A stretch of 64,000 nucleotides of DNA, taken from NCBI GenBank assembly GCA_965649765.1, contig OZ287752.1, positions 87,482,001 to 87,546,000 on the forward strand, given 5' to 3'. The number at the start of each line of letters is the position of its first letter. Positions within the stretch are counted from its first letter, which is position 1. The notes below the pieces were generated by a model. It was not told the origin of the DNA and searched no databases. It was given only the letters and a program-made list of their open reading frames with translations. This document shows, piece by piece, positions 1 to 10,240 of the stretch. Source of the DNA: Bispira polyomma (lineage: Eukaryota). The translations under genes and the position numbers were made by a program.

Positions 1-96
1 TAGAAGTGTGAGATCTCATTGTTGGCTGGGTCATTGCCTCCCTTAACGGGATCAAGGTTGTTCTTCTTGACTGAAGCATTTGCAGAATCTCCGTAT
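1..96 (-). CDS. Rh: Rh-family (Rh50/Rhp, Amt/Mep/Rh superfamily) ammonium transporter, second coding exon; runs off the window
   Basis: Minus-strand acceptor tttatcctctgttaacag|A at 97/96. The phase-2 join with the exon at 776-694 gives R-YGDSANASVKKNNLDPVKGGNDPANNEISHF(Y), with no stops. This fits the first extracellular loop that precedes the conserved YPxFQDVHVM motif of Rh proteins (the motif itself would lie beyond base 1). An N-A-S glycosylation sequon is present. Confidence 0.8.
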
Positions 97-336
97 CTGT
101 TAACAGAGGATAAATAGTAAGCAAAGTCTGTATTGTTAGGGGAATTGTGGGTAAAATAGTATAAGGATCTTGTACAAGGATCTTGGTTGTCAAGGGAAAT
201 GTGGGTAAACTAGTAAACAAGGATCTGGATTGTCAGGTGTAATGTGGCCAGAATCAGATGTAGTAACATACACACGTCACATGGGTACAGATACTAGCAG
301 TTACATATTGTACTAGCGGACTTGGGGGATGTGCTA

Positions 337-637
337 TGTGTTATGTGATGTATTACCAGTCGGATGTACTTAGGTTACAGACTGTGTTATGTGATGTATT
401 ACCAGTCGGATGTACTTGGGTTATAGACTGTGTGATGTGCTGTTCTACCAGTCGGATGTACTTGGGTTACAGACTGTGTTATGTGATGTATTACCAGTCG
501 GATGTACTTGGGTTACAGACTGTGTTATGTGCTGTACTACCAGTCGGATGTACTTGGGTTACAGACTGTGTTATGTGCTGTACTACCAGTCGGATGTACT
601 TGGGTTACAGACTGTGTTATGTGCTGTACTACCAGTG
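337..637. repeat. 46-bp minisatellite, ~6.5 copies, in the Rh intron
   Basis: Unit ACCAGTCGGATGTACTTGGGTTACAGACTGTGTTATGTGCTGTACT recurs at 355, 401, 447 ... 631. Confidence 0.95.
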
Positions 638-693
638 ATATACTCACACACTGATATAGGATCTTTCAGGGTTAAAGACCTACTTGGACTCAC

Positions 694-776
694 CTGACAA
701 ACAAAGCAAACAGCACAAGGAAGACCACTTGTAGAATGAAGGCCACGATAGAAAACTTGCCTCTCCTCCAACCCAT
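694..776 (-). CDS. Rh: Rh-family ammonium transporter, first coding exon (start codon and TM1)
   Basis: Strong acceptor ttctttctctctttcacag|G followed by ATG (776-774); donor CAG|gtgagt at 694/693. The 83 nt encode MGWRRGKFSIVAFILQVVFLVLFALFV(R), which resembles the Rh glycoprotein N-terminus (R-x-KF ... LQ/E ... LF-x-x-FV-x-Y). Not in the ORF track because it is spliced. Confidence 0.85.
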
Positions 777-797
777 CCTGTGAAAGAGAGAAAGAAT

Positions 798-1950
798 GGG
801 TGAGTGAGTGACTGACTGAGTGTGTATTTGTGTGTGTGACCGAGTGTGTGTGTGTGTGTAAGAGAGAGTGACTAAGTCTGTGTGACCGACTGAGTGTGTG
901 TGAATGATTGAGTGTGTGTGAATGACTGAGTGTGTGTATGACTGAGTGTGTGTGAGATAACTGAGTGTTTGTGTGTGTGTGAATGATTGAGTGTGTGTGA
1001 ATGACTGAGTGTGTGTGAGACTGTGTGAGTGTGTGTGACTGACTTTGTGTGTATGTTAGTGACTATTTTTTGTGCGTGCATCCATGTGACTAATCTAATC
1101 TGTGTGTGGCTGAGATGTAATTGAGTGTATTGGTTAGTGATTGAGTGTGTTTCACTAAGTGTATGTGAATTTGTAAGTGTATGTGACTTGGTGTATATGT
1201 CTGTGTGACTGAGTGTATGTGAGTGTGTGTGATTAAGTGTATGTGAGTGTTTGTGACTGAGTGTATGTGTGTGTGACTGAGTGTATGTGAGTGTTTGTGA
1301 CTGAGTGTATGTGAGTGTGTGTGACTGAGTGTATGTGAGTGTGTGTGACTTGGTGTATGTGTGTGTGACTTGGTGTATGTGACTGTGTGACTGAGTGTAT
1401 AAATGTGTGACTGAGTGTATATAAGTGTGTGACTGAGTGTATGTAAGTGTGTGACTGAGTGTATGTGAGTGTGTGTGACTGAGTGTATGTGAGTGTGTGT
1501 GACTTGGTGTATGTAACTGTGTGACTAAGTGTATATAAGTGTGTGACTGAGTGTATATAAGTGTGTGAGTGAGTGTATGTAAGTGTGTGATTGAGTGTAT
1601 GTGAGTGTGTGTGACTTGGTGTATGTGACTGTGTGACTAAGTGTATATAAGTGTGTGACTGAGTGTATATAAGTGTGTGACTGAGTGTACGTAAGTGTGT
1701 GACTGAGTGTATGTGAGTGTGTGTGACTAAGTGTATGTAAGTGTGTATGACTGATTGTATGTAAGTCTGTGCGACTGAGTGTATGTGAGTGTGTGTGACT
1801 GAGTGTATGTGAGTGTGTGACTGAGTGTATGTGAGTGTGTGTGACTGAGTGTATGTGAGTGTGTAAGACTGAGTGTATGTGAATGTGTGACTGAGTGTAT
1901 GTGACTGTGTGACTGAGTGTATGTGAGTGTGTGTGAGACTGAGTGTATCA
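798..1950. repeat. Degenerate GT-rich simple repeat (~20-24 bp units, GTGACTGAGTGTATGTGAGTGT)
   Basis: Continuous (GT)n-derived array. It explains the His/Thr-rich ORFs at 872-1081, 1233-2012 and 1727-2005. Confidence 0.95.
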
Positions 1951-2605
1951 GTGTATGATTCATGTACAATTGGCTCGGGATCACCAACATTGGCAGCTTT
2001 GTCAATGGTCATCTGTACTCTTCACTGAGTCGAGATTCATATTTTCCATAATGATCAACATGCAAGAGTGTGGTGCTACCAATATTGTCAAACGTTATCG
2101 TTTTGGGGGTGTCTGTGATGGCTTGGAGTGGCATATACATTCAAGGGCCCACAGATTTAATCATCATAGCATCACCATCATCAACGCCACACCACATACA
2201 GCTAGAGTGTGTAGAGACTATCTGGATGAGCAGGGTAGTGAGATAATGGAGTGGTCTGCTTGTAGCCCGGACCTCAACCCAATTCAGCATGTGTGGGAGC
2301 TGCTTGGAGGAGAGTTAGGGTCCGGGTTAATGCTCCATCAAACCACCCAGCAACTTATACAGGCTTTAATTGAGAAGTGGGGTACCATTCCACAAGAAAT
2401 GCTGAGAAGAGACATAAGAAGCATGCTCCAACCTTGTAGGAGTGCCTTGCGCCTAAAGGTGGTCACACTCAGTATTAAACAGCTGAATCCACAGTTGAAC
2501 ACTCCTCTTGAAACATTTTGTTATTGGAAAACTGAAAAATTCACTTCATTTTTGGGATGTATGGTTTATTTTCTGTAACTACTCATATTTTTATCGTAGA
2601 GTGTA
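1951..2605 (+). mobile_element. Tc1/mariner (Tc1-like) transposon 3' half, dead transposase
   Basis: ORF 1943-2578 contains W..VLFT-ESRF, NATPHTAR and WSACSPDLNPIQHVW, the Tc1 DD34E motifs. All three acidic residues are lost: D missing before ESRF, QDNA changed to IINA, and NPIE changed to NPIQ. A possible right end ...GAGTG|TA lies at 2603-2605. Confidence 0.85.
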
Positions 2606-2788
2606 TATCAATGAATTATTCTATGTAAAATTAAAGTAACATGATTCCATTTTACACTATGTGTACATAATGAAATGGCCATTTTTTAAAAAAATGCATA
2701 TATATAGTACACAATATACATTATAAAAACATAACACAAACACACAGATTTCACAAAAGGACAAATACAGAGAAAATCAACAACAAAG

Positions 2789-3602
2789 TGTTACATATAA
2801 GGACATTGTGGTGTGTTAAATCAGAACCGGTCTAGTTAGTACTAGTGATTCTTACACTCTGCTAGAGTGTTCTATTTATAGAATTGGGGAAACCCCTAAG
2901 CTTCTAGAAGCAGGTTCTATTTTGTTTTTGTGATTAAAGTTGTGTTAATATATGTTTAAATCTCATCTCTGGAATGTTCTAGCAATTGTTCACATATTCT
3001 AGAGCCTTCTCTAGCAGTTGTATATATAAGGGTTGACAGCCTGGCCACAGACCAGAGTTTATTAAGTTGGTGTGCTATACGAACTGCTATACTGTGAAAC
3101 ATTTTAGTTCTTTTCCTGTGGATATAAACTGATTATTATATATGTTTTTGTGGTGAACTCATTAGAGTGAACTAGATAAAAGTTGTGGATATACCAGGGA
3201 TTGGATTTACTGCATATTGGATATTTTTGCATCCTGGATTGGATAGCTTAGTTGTGCCGACTCTCTGGATATTTATATTTTGTATTCGTGGACACCAAAG
3301 GGATAACTGGATACAGGCATTGTGTGGACACTGAGCGGATCTCAAGACAGATTGCTGGATACAGTGGACAAACTTGTTTAATTGTTAGTTATGTGGACAG
3401 GACTGTGGTCAGGTCAGATTGGTTTCATTATTGTATTATTGTATGAACTATTAAGGGTATCTTAGTTGACTGTAATTATGTAATTCTGTAATTGCTATTT
3501 TATTTGTTAAATAAATTTGTTAAGTGAAACTTTTTGTCTTTTCCTGTTACAACCTCAAAGCAACCGGTAATTGCTACCGCGCTTGCTCCCGTGACCATAA
3601 CA
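2789..3602 (+). repeat. 5' LTR (814 bp)
   Basis: Begins TGTTACATATAAGG and ends ACCATAACA. TATA-like TATATATAAG near 3020 and AATAAA at 3510-3515. Direct repeat of 8455-9262. Confidence 0.97.
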
Positions 3603-3610
3603 GGAAAAAT

Positions 3611-3630
3611 TGGGGGCTCGTCGCCGGGAT
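3611..3630 (+). promoter_or_regulatory. Primer-binding site complementary to the tRNA-Pro 3' end
   Basis: TGGGGGCTCGTCgcCGGGAT matches the canonical tRNA-Pro PBS TGGGGGCTCGTCCGGGAT with a 2-nt insertion. It lies 8 nt downstream of the LTR. Confidence 0.9.
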
Positions 3631-3712
3631 CCAACCATTTGACCTGACTATTTAATTAGCTTTTTAAAAAATCACTTATTTGGAAAATATATTACAGTCA
3701 ACAGTGCTCAAA

Positions 3713-5152
3713 ATGGCTAGTGCTAAAGAGTTTGTACAGTCACCATCTATGGAGGTTCTAGAAACTTTTAAAAAAGATATTTTAATGCAGATAGCACAGG
3801 AATTACAGTTAGACGTGAAAAGGTCAACACGTAAACATGAACTGAAAAGGCTTATTGTTGAACAGTTAGTTGATGAGGACCTTTTGCATGATAGTTGTTT
3901 AGAAGTGTATAAACCTCTGCCAATGGAACCTTCTGGGCAATTTGAGATCAGGCGATTAGAAATTGAAAGAGAGCTAAAACTTAAAGAGCTTGAGCTTGAG
4001 GCTCAAAGGCGAAAAGAAGAGCTCGAAGTTCAAAAATTTGAAAAAGAAATTGAGCTTAAGCATGAAAGGGAAATGAAGGCTTTGGAACTCAATGCTCGCC
4101 GAATTGCCCATGAAGAGTCCATGGCAACCAAATTTGATTTGGGTAAAAATATGCGACTGGTACCACCTTTCAACGAGTCGTAAGTTGATAAATATTTTCA
4201 ACACTTTGAACGAGTTGCTCAAAATTTTAAATGGCCCACAAACCAGTGGCCTTCATTGCTGCAAAGTGTTTTCAAAGGCAAAGTCCAAGAGGCATATACA
4301 GCTTTGCCAATTTCTGAATGTAGAGACTATGACTGTGTGAAAAATGCTATTTTAAAAGCATATGGGTTGGTACCAGAAGCATATCGTCAAAAATTCAGAA
4401 ATTACCGTAAGCAAGATAATCAAACTTATGTTGAATTTGCCCATGAAAAAGAAGTGTACTTTGACAGATGGTGTAATTCTAGAGAAGTTAGTACAGACTT
4501 TGAAAAGCTTAGGCAAGTCATTTTAATTGAGGAGTTCAAAAGGGGTGTTCGTGATGACATTAAAACCTATCTGGATGAACAGAAAGTAGAAAATTTGCAA
4601 AAAGCAGCAGCTTATGCTGATGATTATGCGCTGACTCACAAGTCCACTTTTAACAAGAGTAAATCCTCTGGTCCCACAAAGAAGTTTTATCCTGAAGTAG
4701 GAAAGAAATTAGAAAATGTAGCTCCACAAAAGAGTTCAGATAAGTTTCAAACAACAAATCAGACAATGAGTAAGGATATGAAACCTAGGCCCTTTGCTCC
4801 TGTGTGCCATTACTGTAAAAAACCTGGGCATGTTATGTCTGACTGTTGGCTCTTAAAGAAAAGGAGAGAAAAGGAGGCAACACCTAATGCCTTTATTTCT
4901 AGCAAATCTAATTGGCGTTCAAATGCCAATAGAGCAGAATCTAGTATTGGTTTAGACAAGTCTGAGATTAGGGATGACTTCAAACCTTTTGTGTCTGAGG
5001 GTTTTGTATCCTTAGATAGTAGTTCTAGTCAAGTTCCCATTACGATACTAAGAGACACTGGGGCTACTCAGTCACTACTTTTAGAAGGTGTATTGCCATT
5101 GAGTGTAAGCACTTCTACTGGTGAGAGTATTATTGCTCAAGATATTGAATGA
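3713..5152 (+). pseudogene. gag: Gag (coiled coil, SCAN-like capsid CTD, CCHC knuckle) and aspartic protease N-half of a single polyprotein
   Basis: ATG at 3713. ORFs 3680-4183 and 4256-5152 share one frame, broken by TAA at 4181-4183 in VPPFNES*VDKYF. SCAN-like segment EAYRQKFR...FDRW...LRQVILIEEF...AAAYADDY; zinc knuckle CHYCKKPGHVMSDC; protease ILRDTGATQSLL. Confidence 0.92.
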
Positions 5153-6840
5153 GGTTGTGTAAACATTCCCTTACATAAGGTCAACTTAGTATCAGACTTA
5201 GTTACTGGTTCTGTTGTGGTGGGTACCAGGCCCACTTTACCCATTAAAGGGGTGTCTTTGCTGTTGGGAAATGATTTGGCAGGTGGCAAGGTGGTTGCTG
5301 ATCCTAAGGTTACTTCTAGGCCGATCACTTTGGTTAGCACTGAGAAATTAGAAGAGGTTATTCCTGGTATTTTTCCCTCCTGTGCTGTGACTCGAGCTAT
5401 GGCCAAAAAAGCCCAAGAAGAACCAAAAGATTGTAAACAATCTACAGATGTGTTAGTGGATTTATCAGATACATTCTTAAACAACTGTGACCATGATGTG
5501 AAAAATCATACTGATACTGACCCTAAAGGTAGGGAAGATTCTGAGAAACAAGACCAATTTGACGATCCAGATGTATCACTCTCAAAATCAAAATTGATTG
5601 TAGAGCAGGAAAATGACCCTGAATTAGCCCCTCCATTTAAATTGGTGTCACCACCAGTAGAGCTGAATAAGGTCCCAGTAGGCTATTATATCAGAAATGG
5701 TGTGCTTATGCGAAAGTGGAGACCGCCAAGCGTCCCTACATCTGAAAACTGGTCAATAATTCATCAGATTGTATTACCAAAAATGTACCAAAATGATGTA
5801 TTGAGGTTAGCTCATGAGTCTCCAATGGGTGGCCATTTAGGCATCAATAAAACCTGTGGCAAAATAACTAAGCATTTCTACTGGCCTCAGATCAGGCGCT
5901 GTGTGGTAGAATTTTGTAAAACTTGTCACATTTGTCAAATTGTAGGAAAACCAAACCAAAAGATTCCAATAGCCCCTCTAAAACCCATTCCAGCATTTGA
6001 GGAACCATTCAGCAAGGTGATAATTGATTGTGTAGGCCCCTTACCAAAGACTAAATCCAGAAACCAATATCTCTTAACCATTATGTGTGCCTCAACCAGA
6101 TTCCCTGAAGCCATACCTTTGACCAACATAACAGCCCCGAAAATTTCGAAAGCTTTAATCAATTTCTTTACTTTAGTTGGCTTACCGAAGGAGATCCAGT
6201 CAGATCAAGGGTCAAATTTTATGTCAGGATTATTTCAGCAAGTCGTGTTTCAGTTAGGTGCCAAACAGATCAAATCTAGTGCTTATCACCCAAAATCACA
6301 AGGTGCCCTTGAAAGGTTCCATTCCACTTTAATAAATATGATTAGGACATATTGCTTAGACATTGAGAAAGATTGGGATGAAGGCATCAACTTATTATTG
6401 TTTGCAGTTAGGGAATCAGTGCAAGAGTCTTTAGGCTTTAGTCCCTTTGAGTTGGTGTTTGGTCATTCAGTCCTTGGTCCTCTTAAGTTGTTGAAAGAAT
6501 ATTGGTCATCTGAGAACTCTGAGAGCCTAAACCTGTTAGATTATGTTTCAAAGTTTAGGCTGAAAAAGGCTTGTGAGCTAGCGCAACAACATTTGAAACA
6601 TTCTCAGTCAAAAATGAAAATGCTTTATGATAGAAAGTCACAAAACCGTGTTTTTAAACCGAGAGAGAAGGTTTTAGTGCTATTACCTGTCTAGGGGAAC
6701 ACGTTACAGGCCAGATATCATGGGCCATACAAAGTGTTAAAGAGAGTAGGTGATTTGGATTATGTCATTAAAACCCCGAACAGAAGAAAGTCAACCCAAC
6801 TGTGTCATGTAAATATGGTAAAACCATACTTTGAAAGGGG
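5153..6840 (+). pseudogene. pol: Protease C-half and integrase (HHCC, DD35E, GPY/F)
   Basis: Same frame as gag after TGA at 5150-5152. Motifs AHESPMGGHLG..CHIC, IIDCVGP, SDQGSNF and QGALERFH. TAG at 6692-6694 falls just before LQARYHGPY. Confidence 0.93.
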
Positions 6841-8256
6841 TGTGACAAAGCCTGTCATGGCTACTGACTGTAATGTAGTAAATGACAACAATCAGGAGCA
6901 TGAACCATGGGATGACAATCCTGATGTTGAAGTTAAATATAAAATCAGGTTGAGTAATTCAGAAATGCTTGCTGATTTGGAAACCAAACTGAATCATGTA
7001 CCTCCAGATAAGAGGATCCCACTTAGTGAGTTACTCTTGAAGTATAAGTCAGTATTTCCTGATGCCCCTAACAGAACCAATGTACTCATGCATGATGTTG
7101 ATGTTGGCAATGCCATTCCGGTCAAACAGCACCCGTATCGTGTAAACCCAATGAAACTTGAAAAATTAAGACAAGAAGTGCAATACATGTTGGACAAAGA
7201 TATAATTGAACCAAGTCAAAGTAGTTGGGCATCTCCTTGTGTTTTGGTCCCGAAGCCTGATGGTTCTATCAGATATTGCACAGACTATAGAAAGGTTAAT
7301 GTTTTGAGTAAAACCGATTCATAACGATTGTAACTCCCGATAGTCTGTATCAGTACAAAGTAATGCCATTTGGCATGAAAAATTCCCAAGCTACATTTCA
7401 GAGACTTATGAATATATGTCTAAAGAACTTAGAAAGGGTTAAAGTGTATGTGGATGATATTGTCATCTTTAGTGATACGTGGGAAGAACATTTAAAAAGA
7501 CTTGAACAAGTTCTGTTTCAGCTCAAGCAAGCTAACCTTACTGTGAATCTATCGAAAAGTGACTTTGTAAAAGCAAAGGTTGTTTACTTAGGGCATGTAG
7601 TTGGTCATGGAGTTGTGACACCAATTAAAGCAAAAGTTGAAAGCATCATTGACTATCCCATTCCTAGAAATAAGAAAAGTTTAATAAGATTCCTGGGAAT
7701 GTCAGGTTATTATAGAAAATTTTGTAAAAATTTCTCAGATGTCACTGCTCCACTGACTGAGCTTTTAAAAAAAAATGTAAAATATCAATGGTCTGAAGCA
7801 TGTCAAAAAGCATTTGACAAAGTAAAGAGTGTTCTCTGTTCGGAGCCTGTACTAGCTGCTCCAGACTTCAGTAGACCATTTCGGCTAGATGTGGATGCCA
7901 GTAATGTTGGGGCAGGTGCAGTTTTACTGCAGACTGATGATGAGGATATTGAACATCGCATTTGTTATTTTTCAAAAAAATTTAACGTACATCAAAAGAA
8001 GTACTCTACAATAGAAAAGGAATGTTTAGCCCTCATTTTAGCCATTAAACACTTTGATATCTATATATCTTCATCATCAAAACCAACTATTGTGTACACA
8101 GATCACAACCCTTTAGTATTCTTGCACAAAATGAAAAACAAAAACAGACGTTTATTGAATTGGAGTTTGGTTTTGCAAGAATACAGTTTACAAATAGAGT
8201 ATGTTAAAGGAAAGGATAACATTTATGCTGATGCTCTATCCAGAAGTTGTAGTTAA
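6841..8256 (+). pseudogene. pol: Reverse transcriptase and RNase H, with internal deletion and frameshift
   Basis: SSWASPCVLVPKPDGSIRYCTDYRKVN..KTDS, then a break at ~7322. Resumes in another frame with VTPDSLYQYKVMPFGMKNS, YVDD, and RNase H motifs DAS, EKECLA, TDH and ADALSR. Confidence 0.93.
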
Positions 8257-8443
8257 AGGTCAATTTGTATGTTAACAACTGAAAAGTAAACTTGTAAAAC
8301 TTAGATATTTATTTATGGATATTACTTGTGTAACTTAAAATACAATGTTCCATAGAATGTTATTACATATGTACACTATATATTCACTTATGTTTTGTGT
8401 AATATGAGATTTTGTAACCCCTTGGCTTCCAAAATTTTTCTTT

Positions 8444-8454
8444 AAGGGGGGAGG
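8444..8454 (+). promoter_or_regulatory. Polypurine tract
   Basis: AAGGGGGGAGG immediately before the TG of the 3' LTR. Confidence 0.92.
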
Positions 8455-9262
8455 TGTTACATATAAGGACATTGTGGTGTGTTAAAGCAGAACCGGTCTA
8501 GTTAGTACTAGTGATTCTTACACTCTGCTAGAGTGTTCTATTTATAGAATTGGGGAAACCCCCTAAGCTTCTAGAAGCAGGTTCTATTTTGTTTTTGTTA
8601 TTAAAGTTGTGTTAATATATGTTTAAATCTCATTTATGGAATGTTCTGGCAATTGTTCACATATTCTAGAGCCTTCTCTAGCAGTTGTATATATAAGCGT
8701 TGACAGCCTGGCCACAGACCAGAGTTTATTAAGTTGGTGTGCTATACGAACTGCTATACTGTGAAACATTTTATTTCTTTTCCTGTGGATATAAACTGAT
8801 TACTATATATGTTTTTGTGGTGAACTCATTGGAGTGAACTAGATAAAAGTTGTGGATCTACCAGGGATTGGATTTACTGCATATTGGATATTTTTGCATC
8901 CTGGATTGGATAGCTTAGTTGTGCCAACTCTCTGGATATATATATTTTTGTATTCGTGGACACCAAAGGGATAACTGGATACAGGCATTGTGTGGACACT
9001 GAGCGGATCTCAAGACAGATTGCTGGATACAGTGGACAAACTTGTTTAATTGTTAGTTATGTGGACAGGACTGTGGTCAGGTCAGATTGGTTTCATTATT
9101 GTATTATTGTATGAACTATTAAGGGTATCTAAGTTGACTGTAATTCTGTAATTGTTATTTTATTTGTTAATTAAATTTGTTAAGTGAAACTTTTTGTCTT
9201 TTCCTGTTACAACCTCAAAGCAACCGGTAATAGCTACCGCGCTTGCTCCCGTGACCGTAACA
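8455..9262 (+). repeat. 3' LTR (808 bp)
   Basis: TGTTAC...GTAACA inverted termini. By eye about 17 substitutions and 3 indels (+1, +1, -8) relative to the 5' LTR. Confidence 0.97.
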
Positions 9263-9441
9263 AAAGATAAACCAATACTCTTAATAATTCTATGATATTC
9301 ACACGTAGTTGTAGAAAAAGAGACAAGTGTTACCCCTCCAATGGAATGGAATATGACAAACTCAAATTCATCATTCTCAAAATACTGTTCTGAATTGACT
9401 TGTTTTGATATTTAGTTGTTTCAGACAGACAATTCAATCTT

Positions 9442-9637
9442 TTTAAGATTTTACCAAAAGATTCTTTGTAAATAATGTGTTTCTTTCTATCCCTAGAAAT
9501 GACCAGTTCTACTGATATTTTTCTACAGAAGCGAGAAGATTTAAGATTTTACCAAAAGATTCTTTGTAAATAATGTGTTTCTTTCTATCCCTAGAAATGA
9601 CCAGTTCTACTGATATTTTTCTACAGAAGCGAGAAGA
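9442..9637. repeat. 98-bp exact tandem duplication
   Basis: TTTAAGATTTTACCAAAAG...GAAGCGAGAAGA at 9442-9539 and 9540-9637. Confidence 0.9.
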
Positions 9638-10240
9638 GTGATCTTTTTCTGGCTAAAATAGGACTTCCCCCAGCTGTACAAGTTATCACAACATTTATAT
9701 ATAACATTCAATACATATAACGTCACCAGCATGTTATGTACAATATATATAGACGTGACATGTGCACACTGACATATAGATATATATATATAGGTTAGCA
9801 AATGATATAACAGTAATGCATGCACGATACATTTTATATAGATATATATATATATAGGTTAGCAAGAGATATAGCAGTAATGCATGCACGATACATTTAA
9901 CTTCAATAGATAAAACAAACAAAAGTCAAAATCACACAAAATAGATCAAAGAAAATCCATATTATAATACACCGAGACTGTCAACTAAATGTCAATCAAA
10001 TAGATCTCCACTGTGAATGAAGAAATCACGGACCATACGCTTAAAGGACTGAAGTAATCCAGAACTAATTTGACGCCAACATTTTTTGTATGGACAGTGG
10101 CTTAAGAGAGAGAAAACCAAATCATAGAGTCAATACAAAAACTAACACTTGCAAAAGAATTATTTTGAAGACTAGGGTTCATTTGTACTAATGGGGTGAT
10201 TTCTGATTAATATATTTGGATTTCTGTATACATCTTCAAA

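Larger units (their letters stand above)
2789..9262 (+). mobile_element. Full-length Gmr1-like Ty3/gypsy LTR retrotransposon (gag-PR-IN-RT-RH), defective
   Basis: Paired LTRs 2789-3602 and 8455-9262 (TG...CA). 4-bp TSD AAAG at 2785-2788 and 9263-9266. PBS 3611-3630 and PPT 8444-8454. Gypsy-type domains with integrase upstream of RT. Confidence 0.97.

Noticed and set aside
872-2012. His/Thr-rich ORFs suggesting a metal-binding protein
   Set aside because: They are translations of the GT/CA simple repeat.
5216-8256. Ty1/copia assignment based on integrase preceding RT
   Set aside because: The RT (DYRKVN, MPFG, YVDD), RNase H (DAS, TDH) and GPY/F integrase tail are gypsy-type, and there is no copia GKGY or YVDD-context signature.
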